A program made the position numbers and the translations under genes. A stretch of 63,048 nucleotides of DNA from Nitrospinota bacterium (GTDB taxonomy: Bacteria > UBA8248), in contig JASLZZ010000013.1 of NCBI GenBank assembly GCA_030754595.1, positions 1 through 63,048 of the forward strand, read 5' to 3'. Below the pieces are notes generated by a model. That model was not told where the DNA came from, made no database searches, and saw only the letters and a list, made by a program, of their open reading frames with translations. How positions within the stretch are numbered: position 1 is the first letter of the stretch; every line of letters starts with the position of its first letter. Below, in pieces: positions 47,268 through 56,855 of this stretch.

Positions 47268-48836
47268 ATGGAGAATTATCTGCTTACACTGATCACCTTC
47301 ATTCCCCTGGCGGGGGCGGTGATCGTCATGCTCTTTTTCGAAAAGGGGCAGACGAAAGCCATCAAGGGATTCGCCACGGCGGTGACGATCGTGGACTTCC
47401 TTCTTTCGATTCCGCTCTGGACCCAATTCGACACATCCGAGGCGGGCTTTCAGTTCGTCCAGAAGGTGAGTTGGATCCCGACCATCGGGGTGAGCTATTT
47501 CGTGGGGGTGGACGGAATCAGCGTCCTGCTCGTCCTGCTCACGACGATCACCATGATCGTCTCCACGGTTTGCTCGTTCTCGGCCATCGTCGATCGGGAG
47601 AAGGAATACTACGTCTGCCTCCTGTTGATGTCGACCGGAATGCTCGGAACCTTCATGGCCGTCGATATATTCCTGTTCTACGTTTTCTTCGAGATCACGC
47701 TGGTCCCGATGTACTTCCTGATCGGAATCTGGGGCGGGTCGAGAAAGCTCTACGCGGCGATCAAGTTCTTCCTCTACACCCTGTTCGGCAGCGTGCTCAT
47801 GTTGCTGGGGATCCTGGCGCTCTATTTCGTGAACCTCAAGCTCGGAACCGGAACCCTTACTTTCGATCTGACCGAGCTCTATGCGGTCGGCCCGAAAATC
47901 CCGATCGGCCTTCAGAGCTGGATCTTCCTGGCCTTCTTCGTCGGATTCGCCATCAAGGTGCCGATGTTCCCGTTCCACACCTGGCTCCCCGACGCCCATG
48001 TCGAGGCGCCGACGGCGGGAAGCGTCATCCTGGCGGGAATTCTCCTGAAGATGGGGACCTACGGCTTTGTCCGCTTCGTGCTTCCGCTGCTTCCCCAGGC
48101 CAGCCAGTTGTTCGTGCCCTTCATGGTCCTGTTGTCGATTATCGGGATCATCTACGGCGCCCTGGTGGCCATGGCCCAGACCGACGTGAAAAAGCTGGTG
48201 GCCTATTCTTCGGTGAGCCATCTGGGGTTTGTCATGCTGGGCGTCTTCGCCCTTAACCAGCAGGGTGTCCTCGGCGGCCAGCTTCAGATGATCAACCACG
48301 GCATCAGCACGGGGGCGCTCTTCCTCCTGGTGGGAATCATCTATGAGCGCCGCCACACGCGCCAGATATCGGATTTCGGCGGTCTCTCGACCCAGGTGCC
48401 AATTTACTCGACGATCTTCGCCGTCACGATGCTGAGCAGCATCGGCCTGCCCGGGTTGAACGGGTTTGTGGGCGAGTTCCTGATCCTCGTCGGCGCCTTC
48501 AAGGCGAGCTATGTGTATGCCGCCTTCGCCGTAATCGGAATCGTACTCGGCGCGGCCTATATGCTCTGGCTGTTCCAGAGAATGTTCTTTGGAACCCTCG
48601 ACAACCCGGAGAACCAGAAGCTGACGGACTGCAACACCCGGGAGATTCTATATCTGCTTCCCATGGTGGTGTTGATGTTCTGGATCGGTCTCTATCCCCG
48701 GCCCTTCCTCGCCCGGATGGAGGCCAGCGTCGGCAAGGTAGTGAAAATGGTCAACGTGGCCGCGGCGCCCCATGACAACAAGGCCGCGGCGCTTCCGGTG
48801 GAGTTGCGCTCCCGGTTGAAGGCGAAAACTTATTAG
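47268..48836 (+). CDS. nuoM: NADH-quinone oxidoreductase subunit M (set 2)
   Basis: FFE, HTWLPDAHVEAPT, LLKMG, GLPGLNGFVGE. Confidence 0.97.
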   Translation: MENYLLTLITFIPLAGAVIVMLFFEKGQTKAIKGFATAVTIVDFLLSIPLWTQFDTSEAGFQFVQKVSWIPTIGVSYFVGVDGISVLLVLLTTITMIVSTVCSFSAIVDREKEYYVCLLLMSTGMLGTFMAVDIFLFYVFFEITLVPMYFLIGIWGGSRKLYAAIKFFLYTLFGSVLMLLGILALYFVNLKLGTGTLTFDLTELYAVGPKIPIGLQSWIFLAFFVGFAIKVPMFPFHTWLPDAHVEAPTAGSVILAGILLKMGTYGFVRFVLPLLPQASQLFVPFMVLLSIIGIIYGALVAMAQTDVKKLVAYSSVSHLGFVMLGVFALNQQGVLGGQLQMINHGISTGALFLLVGIIYERRHTRQISDFGGLSTQVPIYSTIFAVTMLSSIGLPGLNGFVGEFLILVGAFKASYVYAAFAVIGIVLGAAYMLWLFQRMFFGTLDNPENQKLTDCNTREILYLLPMVVLMFWIGLYPRPFLARMEASVGKVVKMVNVAAAPHDNKAAALPVELRSRLKAKTY

Positions 48837-48877
48837 GGCCCGGCCTTGAATTCGCTCTATGAATAGGATCTGATCCG

Positions 48878-50380
48878 ATGCCGCTTGTGATTCCCGACAT
48901 ATCGCTTTCCACCGCCGCTCCCGAGGTGGGGCTTGCGATCTTGATCTGCGTCGTGGTGGTCGCCGACTTGTTCACCTCTATGGAAAACAAGGCGGGGATG
49001 GGAATCCTGAGCCTGTTGGGGGTGGCGATTCTGGGGCTCATCGTGTTGTCCCAGTGGGGCGGGGGAGTCCGGACCACGTTCAGCGGGTTCTACATCGCGG
49101 ATAATTTTAGCTCCTTCGTTAAGATGGTCGTCGTTGTAACAACGGCGTTCACGATTCTCCTCTCTCTCCAATACACCAAAATGGAGAAGATCAACTACGG
49201 CGAGTTTTACGTGATGATCCTCTTCGCCGTGTTCGGAATGCTGGTGATGGCCTCGGGCAACGATCTCATCTCGATTTATCTCGGCCTCGAGACGATGAGC
49301 ATCAGCAGTTACGTGCTGGTGAGTTTCATTCGCCATGATCCGCTGAGCCGGGAGGCCGGCCTCAAATATTTCCTGATGGGTGCGTTCGCCTCGGGAATAT
49401 TGCTCTACGGCATCGCGCTGACCTACGGACTTACCGGGACAACCTCGCTGACGGGAATCGCCAAGGCCCTATCGGGTCCGCAGGGAGCGGCGATCGTCGC
49501 CGATCCGGTGATGGTCTTCTCGCTGATATTGTTCGTGGCCGGTTTCGGGTTCAAGCTGGCGCTCGTTCCTTTTCATATGTGGCTACCCGACGCCTATACG
49601 GGGGCGCCGACCTCCATCACGGCGTTTATGTCGGTGGCGGTGAAGATGGCCACCTTGGCCGCGGTCATTCGCGTGTTTTTTATCGCGTTCCCGGCGCTCG
49701 CCGGAAAATGGAACCTCCTGCTCTGGCTCCTGACGGTGTTCACGATGGTTTGGGGCAACGTCGCAGCAATCGCCCAGACCAACCTCAAGCGGATGCTCGC
49801 CTACTCGAGCATCGCCCATGCGGGCTATATCATGTTGGGGATCGTGGCCACCACGAAGATCGCCGGCGGGAAGGCGGTGTTCACGCCGAATGGAATCAGC
49901 GCGGTACTTTTCTATCTGGTGGCCTATATGGTCACGAACCTCGGCGCTTTCGGGATGCTCATCTATCTGTGCCGGGAGGATTTCCGGGGAGACAACATCG
50001 AGGACTGGCGGGGAGTCGGCCATGACCATCCCTGGGCCGGCATGGCCTTTGTCGTCTTTTTCCTCTCGCTGGGCGGTTTTCCCCCGACCGCCGGGTTTGT
50101 CGGCAAACTTTTTCTCTTCGGCACCGCGATCCAGAACGAGTATTACTGGCTGGCGGTGATCGGAATCCTAACGAGCGCCGTCTCCATCTACTATTATTTC
50201 CGCGTGGTGATGGTGATGTATATGGAGCCCCGCGGCGAAAGCCAGCCGGCGATTGAATTCTCAAAAGCTCCTTCCATTTTTGTCGCGCTGTTGGTCCTGG
50301 TGCTGGCGACCATTTACCTGGGTCTGTTCCCCGGGAGTATCATCGCGGCCGCCAAGAGTTCCGTGGCCGGGCTCCTCTAG
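48878..50380 (+). CDS. nuoN: NADH-quinone oxidoreductase subunit N (set 2)
   Basis: EAGLKYF, FK...VPFHMW.PD.Y.GAP, GFPPTAGFVGK. Confidence 0.97.
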   Translation: MPLVIPDISLSTAAPEVGLAILICVVVVADLFTSMENKAGMGILSLLGVAILGLIVLSQWGGGVRTTFSGFYIADNFSSFVKMVVVVTTAFTILLSLQYTKMEKINYGEFYVMILFAVFGMLVMASGNDLISIYLGLETMSISSYVLVSFIRHDPLSREAGLKYFLMGAFASGILLYGIALTYGLTGTTSLTGIAKALSGPQGAAIVADPVMVFSLILFVAGFGFKLALVPFHMWLPDAYTGAPTSITAFMSVAVKMATLAAVIRVFFIAFPALAGKWNLLLWLLTVFTMVWGNVAAIAQTNLKRMLAYSSIAHAGYIMLGIVATTKIAGGKAVFTPNGISAVLFYLVAYMVTNLGAFGMLIYLCREDFRGDNIEDWRGVGHDHPWAGMAFVVFFLSLGGFPPTAGFVGKLFLFGTAIQNEYYWLAVIGILTSAVSIYYYFRVVMVMYMEPRGESQPAIEFSKAPSIFVALLVLVLATIYLGLFPGSIIAAAKSSVAGLL

Positions 50381-50758
50381 CCAGGGCGGGGATTTCTTCC
50401 CCCCTCCCTTTCTCCGGAAACCCTTCTGACCGTCAGTTTTCCCCCAAATGCGCCATTATTCCGGGCTCAATCCGCCATCAGTCGCAATTCGGAACCCCGG
50501 AAAGGCTGTATGGTTCGGGATGGATGATTTTGCATCATTCGATATGCTTTCTGAGACGTTTTTGCACGCCCCGGCCCAGATGATTTTGTCATAATGTCAG
50601 GGGTAGGTTTTTTTTTCGATTTTTCGTTGATATATCGTCAGTACTCAGTCGCATCTCCAAAATTTTTAGAATTGCCGGACTAGGCCGGTAGTTATATAAG
50701 CCATTGTTTTTACTTTTGATACAATTCATGACTGAATTGGCTAATCAGTTTAACATTT

Positions 50759-50774
50759 TGGCATGTGATGTGCA
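50759..50774 (+). promoter_or_regulatory. Sigma54 (-24/-12) promoter with upstream IHF-like site (50697-50709)
   Basis: TGGCATGTGATGTGCA with GG-N10-GC spacing; TAAGCCATTGTTT is one mismatch from the IHF consensus. Confidence 0.65.
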
Positions 50775-50784
50775 GTACTAGAAT

Positions 50785-51039
50785 AGGTGTTACTTCATAT
50801 CTCCTGATGACGATAAGTGGACTGGAAGGAAATTTCTGGCTTCTCAGGAGAGTTTAGAAGGAGACGCTAAAAAAACCCACTAAAACTCCTGATGATGAGG
50901 AGTCATTCTCCCCGGTGGCCGGACGAAGGGTTCCCCTAGGCCGGTGCACTGAACCCCCACCTAATAAATCTTTCCGGCGAAAGCCGGATGGGTTTCCTGC
51001 CGAATGAGGGGCACGTCTTAAAAGACGTGCCCCCTTTTC
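50785..51039 (+). ncRNA. Candidate sigma54-dependent small RNA (about 255 nt)
   Basis: No ORF over 19 codons seen between promoter and terminator; stems TCTCCTGA/TCAGGAGA, ACTCCT/AGGAGT, TCCGGC-GAAA-GCCGGA. Confidence 0.55.
51008..51039 (+). terminator. Intrinsic terminator
   Basis: GGGGCACGTCTT-AA-AAGACGTGCCCC then CTTTTCGTTT; T-tract only on the plus strand. Confidence 0.85.
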
Positions 51040-51079
51040 GTTTGTGGAGAGGAAACAAGCCGCTTCAGGGCGGCGTCAT

Positions 51080-51658
51080 TCAGCGGATCAAGCCCCTGAT
51101 AATCGGGATCGCCTCGGTGAGGCGGCCAACCCTGTAGTCGCAGCGCGGGCCGGGGCGCTCGGAGAGGTGAATGGTCGTCATCCCTGCCTCGCCCCCCGCG
51201 ATCATATCGAGCCGTCCGTCACCGATGAAGATGCAGCCCGCTGGCGGCACGCCGATGGCCTCCGCCCCGAGAAGGACGTGGCGCGGGTCCGGCTTCCAAA
51301 TGCCGATATCGCGCGTGATGACGATCTCGAATGAAAGCTGAATCCGATCGAGCATGACCGAGACATGGCGCATGGCGTTGTTGGTGACGATTCCGTGGGG
51401 CAGGCCGATCCCGAGAAGAAAGTCCATGAACTCGTGCACCCCCTCATTGGGCTCCGCCCGGCGGGCGGCGTCGGTCTCGTGTCGCTCGAGAATCTCGGCG
51501 ACCTCCCGGGCGCGATCAGGCGGCGCAGTTCCGAGATACTCGAGAATCATCGTGTCGTCCTCGAGCGCCATCTCGGTTTTCATCACCTCCCAATTGAACG
51601 CGGGCTTGGTGAGGGTCCCGTCGAAATCGAGAAGAATTCCCATCCGGGAAGATGTCAT
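51080..51658 (-). CDS. HAD-superfamily hydrolase
   Basis: DFDGT, VTNN, KPDP, IGDG..D motifs; GGAGGAG RBS before ATG 51658. Confidence 0.9.
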   Translation of the reverse strand: MTSSRMGILLDFDGTLTKPAFNWEVMKTEMALEDDTMILEYLGTAPPDRAREVAEILERHETDAARRAEPNEGVHEFMDFLLGIGLPHGIVTNNAMRHVSVMLDRIQLSFEIVITRDIGIWKPDPRHVLLGAEAIGVPPAGCIFIGDGRLDMIAGGEAGMTTIHLSERPGPRCDYRVGRLTEAIPIIRGLIR

Positions 51659-51927
51659 CGAATGCGGCTCCTCCGCCTTACGCAACGGGCGTACTCAGAA
51701 AACGGACCGGCGATCAGGCCCTCGCTCTCCTCGATTCTCCGGAGAGGACGAAGCCACTTCCTCCAAGGAGACACGAAGACAAAAATCGCTCACTGTTCCG
51801 GACATTCAGTAGGGATATTTGTTAAGATCACTATATCACGAGAGACTCGAAATGCTTCATAAGGCGGAGTCTGCGTTCGAATCGGAGTCCCTGGATGAAT
51901 TGAATTCCGGCATTCGAGGAGATTTTC

Positions 51928-52335
51928 ATGGATTACGCATTCGATCATGTTCACATCATCTGCCGGGACCTGGCGGCGATGGCGCTATATTTCAAGGAGG
52001 TGTTCGGGGCGGAGGAAATCTACCGGGAGGATAATTTCCACGGTGCGCCCAATGCCGTGATGCGCCTCGGCAGCGCCCGGTTTTTTCTGAGGGGGGTTCG
52101 CCCCGGCGAGACGCCCGGCTCGGGCGCGGCGGACTCGGTGATGGGGCTCGATCATTTCTCCCTCGCCGTTGATGACGTGACGGCCGCCTCGGCCGAGCTC
52201 AAGGGGCGGGGAGCCGAGTTCATCCGCGAGCCGGGCGCAGTCGGCATGGACGGACGCACCACAGCCTTCATCCGGGCTCCCGAGGGCATCCGAATCGAAC
52301 TCAGCGAGCGCTCGGGCAAAACCTACACGGGGTAA
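51928..52335 (+). CDS. VOC/glyoxalase-family protein
   Basis: DHVHI, GLDHFSLAVDD, PEGIRIEL. Confidence 0.9.
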   Translation: MDYAFDHVHIICRDLAAMALYFKEVFGAEEIYREDNFHGAPNAVMRLGSARFFLRGVRPGETPGSGAADSVMGLDHFSLAVDDVTAASAELKGRGAEFIREPGAVGMDGRTTAFIRAPEGIRIELSERSGKTYTG

Positions 52336-52376
52336 TTTCCGTCCCCATATATCAAAAACAGCCTTCCAGTGGCGGG

Positions 52377-53393
52377 CTAAAAAATCTTTCCGATCTCGTC
52401 CGAATCGTACCGGGGTAGAGGAACCGGACCTTCTTTTCGGAGGAGGGTGACGCCTTCCTCCGCCTGGAGGAGGCGGCCGATCCGGACGCCCAGCGCGCCC
52501 GCGTCCGCGAGCGCCTCGCGGACATCCGCTTCTCCCGAGGGCGGGACGGCCAAAAGAAGGGCGCCCGAGGTGATCACCCCGAGCGGGTCGAGGCCGAGCG
52601 ACCTGCACATCGCTTCGCCTTCAACGGAGAGAGGAATCGCCTCCTCATCGATGCCCGCGCCCAGCCCCGCCGCCTCGGCGAGCTCGTGTATCCCCGTGGC
52701 GAGGCCGCCCTCGGTGGGATCGTGCATGGCGTGAACGAGACCGGTCCCCGCCGCCGCCAGCGCCGCGCTGACCACGCTGATGCCGGGGGAGTCGATGTAG
52801 CCGGCGGCCCGCTCGATCAGATCCCGTCCGAGAATCGGGACCAGTTCCTCTCCCTTCGCGCCGGCGAGGATGGCGGTCCCTTCGACGGGCACGCCCCGGG
52901 TGAGTAGAACGGCGTCTCCCTCCCGTGCGCCGTCCCCCCGTATCAGCCCTTCCCTCGAGACCTCTCCGAGCATCTGGCCGCAGATGATCGGGCGCGCTAG
53001 GCCCGCAGTGACCTCGGTGTGGCCGCCGCAGTAGGTGATGCTCAACTCCCGGCACGCTCCCTGGATATCGTTCCAGATTCGCTCGATCATCTCCTCGCCG
53101 GCGCGCCCCTCGGGTAAGAGAAGGGTCGCCAAAAACCACATCGGGGTGGCCCCCATGCAGGCGATGTCGTTCGCGTTGACATGAACGGCGTACCAGCCGA
53201 TCCGCTCCTCGACAAAAGTAATCGGATCGCTCTTGGCAACCAGATACCTGTCGCCCATGCCGATGACGGCGGCGTCCTCGCCGACACGCGGGCCGACCGT
53301 AAGTCGGGGATGGCCCTCCAGGCCGGAGAGCAGCCGGCCGAGAAGGTCCGGTGGGAGTTTTCCCAGCGGAAGGGGAGGAGGGTCGCCGGTCAT
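52377..53393 (-). CDS. AIR-synthase-related (HypE-like) protein
   Basis: GEDAA, KSDPIT, NANDIA, GGHTEVT, MHDPTEGG. Confidence 0.88.
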   Translation of the reverse strand: MTGDPPPLPLGKLPPDLLGRLLSGLEGHPRLTVGPRVGEDAAVIGMGDRYLVAKSDPITFVEERIGWYAVHVNANDIACMGATPMWFLATLLLPEGRAGEEMIERIWNDIQGACRELSITYCGGHTEVTAGLARPIICGQMLGEVSREGLIRGDGAREGDAVLLTRGVPVEGTAILAGAKGEELVPILGRDLIERAAGYIDSPGISVVSAALAAAGTGLVHAMHDPTEGGLATGIHELAEAAGLGAGIDEEAIPLSVEGEAMCRSLGLDPLGVITSGALLLAVPPSGEADVREALADAGALGVRIGRLLQAEEGVTLLRKEGPVPLPRYDSDEIGKIF

Positions 53394-53411
53394 GCGAAAA
53401 CGGCGCCTGGC

Positions 53412-53870
53412 CTAAAGGGTTCCGTTGATGGCGTAGTTGAGAAGACGCACCACCTGCTCGGGCTTCTCGGCCACCGCGAGAGCGGCTGCGTCCACTTCTT
53501 TTAGCGCGTGGCCGTTCCCCGAGTCGTGGACCGTGATGATAGCCTTGCCCAGGGCGGCCGCATAGCCCGCGTCGAAGGCGGCGTTCCATTGCTTGTATTT
53601 CTCGCCGAAGCGCACGACGACGACATCGGCCTTTTCAATGAGGGTGCGGGTTCGGATGGCGTTCACGCTGGCGCCCTTGTGGTCTTTCCAGAAGGAATCG
53701 CTCTCGCCGCCAAGAATATCCACTCCGCAGTTATCGCTTGAGTCGTGGTCGGTGACCGGAGTGAGAAATTCCACCGGCAATCCGGCCTCCCCGGCGCCTC
53801 TCTTGATGACTTCGCGCCAATCGGTATGAACCTCGCCCGAGAGGTACACTTTCCAAACCTGGTCTGACAT
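53412..53870 (-). CDS. YtoQ-family protein (nucleoside 2-deoxyribosyltransferase-like fold)
   Basis: VYLSGEVHTDWR, FGEKYKQWNAAFDAG, HALKE. Confidence 0.9.
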   Translation of the reverse strand: MSDQVWKVYLSGEVHTDWREVIKRGAGEAGLPVEFLTPVTDHDSSDNCGVDILGGESDSFWKDHKGASVNAIRTRTLIEKADVVVVRFGEKYKQWNAAFDAGYAAALGKAIITVHDSGNGHALKEVDAAALAVAEKPEQVVRLLNYAINGTL

Positions 53871-54382
53871 TCCGGTGGACTCCTTTTTGAGCGCGCCCAC
53901 CGCCGAGGCGGGCGCGGTATCTGTGGTGCGAAAAAGTGCCGTTCCGAATCCCGTGTTATCGGGCCCGAGAAACGGGGAATGGACCTTATCCTACCTCATC
54001 CGGGATGAGACTACAGAGTTGGTCATAGAGGAAGATCAGAAATGCCTCAGATAATCAATCAGGAAAGACAAAAAAACTGGGGGAAATAGATATAAATGGC
54101 GTGGTTACGCGATAATTTCAGATTAGGAATAATAAATTTTAAGCGGGAGATGTTTTATCTGAGGCTTTATAAAAAAGGGGGGAGGAGGCAGTTCATGTAT
54201 GAAGACGATTGTTTGGGGGACAGCAAACATCACCGTAAAGTACCGCAATAATCATTTAAGTGACAATGTATCAATGTCTTATGGAAAACAATCTGAGCCT
54301 TTTGAATTGTAACCGACGAGGCTACATGGTATAAGAACGGGCATCCCAATGGGTGAATTGAGGGCAGGTGCTGGAATGTTTA

Positions 54383-54491
54383 GAAGTCATTTCATAACCC
54401 ATTCCCGAGGTTTCCACCCCTGTGAGAAGGCCGATAAAATCAAGGCCTTTGACGGACGAAGATTCCGCGAAAGAGGTTATGAAATGACCTC
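54383..54491 (-). mobile_element. 109-bp MITE, copy 2 (inverted relative to copy 1)
   Basis: Reverse complement of 22797-22905 with one substitution seen; TA on both sides. Confidence 0.85.
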
Positions 54492-54543
54492 TAGTCTGTA
54501 GGTTTTTGGGGTCTTCGTATAATTTAAATAATATCAATTGCTT

Positions 54544-54619
<76 letters not shown>

Positions 54620-54629
54620 AGACTATACA

Positions 54630-54659
54630 GGGGGATGCGAACGCATCCCCTTTATTTTT
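54630..54659 (+). terminator. Intrinsic terminator after tRNA-Phe
   Basis: GGGGATGCG-AA-CGCATCCCC followed by TTTATTTTT. Confidence 0.85.
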
Positions 54660-54934
54660 CAGTCGGTTGTCATTCTTTACCAGAGAACTCAAGGTTGATG
54701 GAAAGAGATAAAGAGCGGCGAAAAGAGCCCCCTGTGGCTGAAAAAAGTAGCACAAAAACTAGCACACCTTAAAGGGTTCCATGGCTCAATATTCTTGGGG
54801 CCGGACGAAGAATGGTGCTGGAGGCGGAGACTCAAAGAGCAAACCCGCCGATGAAGTGTTTAGCTATGTCCACTGAATTTGAAGACCCCAAACGGGGGCA
54901 TGTCCAAGAGCAGTATGGGACAAAGGTGAAGGAA

Positions 54935-55504
54935 ATGACGGGCGACGAAATAAAAATGGTTTTTTTCCTTATACTCTTATCTTTTTCGGCGTTTATTGTA
55001 ATGGTGGTAGTGCATAGGAGTGTCGTTACTTTATTGCGTGCAATAAAGATTTTCGATTCAGCGGGAATATCTTCGGTCATATTACTTGGATTGATCATTG
55101 TGATTGCGATTTCCATGTGGAAAGTTCTTGGTAATATCTCTTTTCCTGTTGGTTCTGGAATTCCAGTTCCTTCGTTTGTGGCAGCTGGGGTGGTATTTTT
55201 ATATTTAACTGGTTGTTTGATTTATCTTGAAAGCTGCTCTCTGTTTTCCAGAGGAATTTCTCTTAGGATATTGGTGGATTTACACGAGAGGGGGGGGAGT
55301 TCGGAGGCGGAAAACCTCAAAGCGGCATACGGGGCCGGTCTCGGAGTTGAAGGTATGTTGGCGAAAAGACTGGACACGATGAAGAAATTTGGTCTTTTGT
55401 ATATTCGAGATGACAGGGTCGGACCACTCACCCTGCTTGGGGCGATTTTCGCCCGCGTGGCCGTGAATTTCCGGAGGCTTCTCCGGATGAAAATGGTGGG
55501 ATAG
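54935..55504 (+). CDS. Membrane protein of unknown function with soluble C-terminal domain
   Basis: Three hydrophobic helices then RGISLRIL...LTLLG...MVG; start uncertain. Confidence 0.65.
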   Translation: MTGDEIKMVFFLILLSFSAFIVMVVVHRSVVTLLRAIKIFDSAGISSVILLGLIIVIAISMWKVLGNISFPVGSGIPVPSFVAAGVVFLYLTGCLIYLESCSLFSRGISLRILVDLHERGGSSEAENLKAAYGAGLGVEGMLAKRLDTMKKFGLLYIRDDRVGPLTLLGAIFARVAVNFRRLLRMKMVG

Positions 55505-55514
55505 GAGTGGCCAT

Positions 55515-56012
55515 TTGGACTTCCGTGACCTTTTTTATGTAGTAGTGGGAAATGCCGTATTTCTCGCGTTTCACATCGGGATGTGGCGGATGCGGCCTTC
55601 AAGCAACCCGCGGATATTATTGTTGGTTCTTTTGGGTTTGTTCGGGATGGGGATTTCTTCCATCATGGCGGTTTTTTTTTCGAAATTCGATATTTTGAGG
55701 CTTTTCGCGCTTCTGTGTAGTGGACTTTTCTTTTTAGTTTTTTATTTATTTATCTACGCCGGAGTGGCTCGGTCGGTTTCTCTCACCTTGTTGTCGCGAT
55801 TTCTTTCCGCCGACACGCGGATAATCGGATTTGATTCAATCACCGAGGAGTATTTAGAATCCTCGCGCTTTGAAGACAGAATTTACCTCATGGAGGAAGC
55901 TGGTTTGGTCAGCCTGGTCAATGGAATTGTGAAACTGACGCCCAAGGGATCGGCGCTGGCACGCTGTTCGAAGGTCGCGGCAAGGCTCTTGGGAACCGGG
56001 ATGGTAGGGTAG
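55515..56012 (+). CDS. Membrane protein, paralog of the preceding gene
   Basis: Three TM then RSVSLTLL...GLV...LTPKG...MVG. Confidence 0.7.
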   Translation: MDFRDLFYVVVGNAVFLAFHIGMWRMRPSSNPRILLLVLLGLFGMGISSIMAVFFSKFDILRLFALLCSGLFFLVFYLFIYAGVARSVSLTLLSRFLSADTRIIGFDSITEEYLESSRFEDRIYLMEEAGLVSLVNGIVKLTPKGSALARCSKVAARLLGTGMVG

Positions 56013-56021
56013 AGGCGATAT

Positions 56022-56768
56022 ATGGACCCGGAAAATAACATGTCAATAAGTTTTTTTGTCCCTTGTCTTAATGAAGAGAACAATATTGCGTTTACGCTTG
56101 ATCGCATTTTGGATGTCATGCGGAAATATGACCATTCGTATGAAATTCTCGTTTTTGACGATTCCTCGACTGACGATAGTGTTGCGAAAATTCTTGAATG
56201 GCGGGCTACCCACGAGGATATTAGTTTGAACCTGCTTCAAAATCCCTGCTGCCGGGGGCTGGGGAGAAATTACTTCCTCGCCGCCCACCGTGCGAGAGGA
56301 CTGTATTATATGCTGGTGAATGGGGATGGATCCGAACCTCCAGCGACTATCAACTCCATTATTTCGCATATGGGAGAGGCGGACGCGATAATTCCCTATT
56401 TCGGGCTGAATGACACGAGAACGCATGCGCGCAGGTTCTTAAGCGTTGCATTTACATTCATTGTCAATATGCTGAGCGGTCATAGACTGAACTATTATAA
56501 TGGCCCCGTACTCCACCGGACCGAAAATGTTCAAATTTGGTTCGCTGAAACCGCAGGATTCGGTTATCAGGCTGAGCTTTTGTGCAGGCTATTGGGGGAA
56601 GGAATTTCCTATATCGAAATTCAGGTGACTAATAGCGACCGGGAGACAGGCGCTTCAAAGGCCATGAGGTTCCAGAATCTTCTTTCGGTGGCCAATACGC
56701 TGTTCCATGTCTTTTTGAGGCGCCTTGAGAATATGGCGTTCAAGTATATGGCCGGCGTAAAGCGGTGA
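56022..56768 (+). CDS. Family 2 glycosyltransferase
   Basis: VPCLNEE, DDSSTD, NGDG, RETGASK. Confidence 0.92.
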   Translation: MDPENNMSISFFVPCLNEENNIAFTLDRILDVMRKYDHSYEILVFDDSSTDDSVAKILEWRATHEDISLNLLQNPCCRGLGRNYFLAAHRARGLYYMLVNGDGSEPPATINSIISHMGEADAIIPYFGLNDTRTHARRFLSVAFTFIVNMLSGHRLNYYNGPVLHRTENVQIWFAETAGFGYQAELLCRLLGEGISYIEIQVTNSDRETGASKAMRFQNLLSVANTLFHVFLRRLENMAFKYMAGVKR

Positions 56769-56855
56769 GGTGGCTAGCGCGGGACAGATTCGAATAAAAA
56801 GTCAGCCCGCACTTCAGGTAACGAGCTTAGACGCTCATAAGATTGTGTGTGCCCC

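Noticed and set aside
50804..50895. CTGATGA twice plus GAAA, suggesting a hammerhead ribozyme
   Set aside because: No stem II between CTGATGA and GAAA; both motifs sit in other stems
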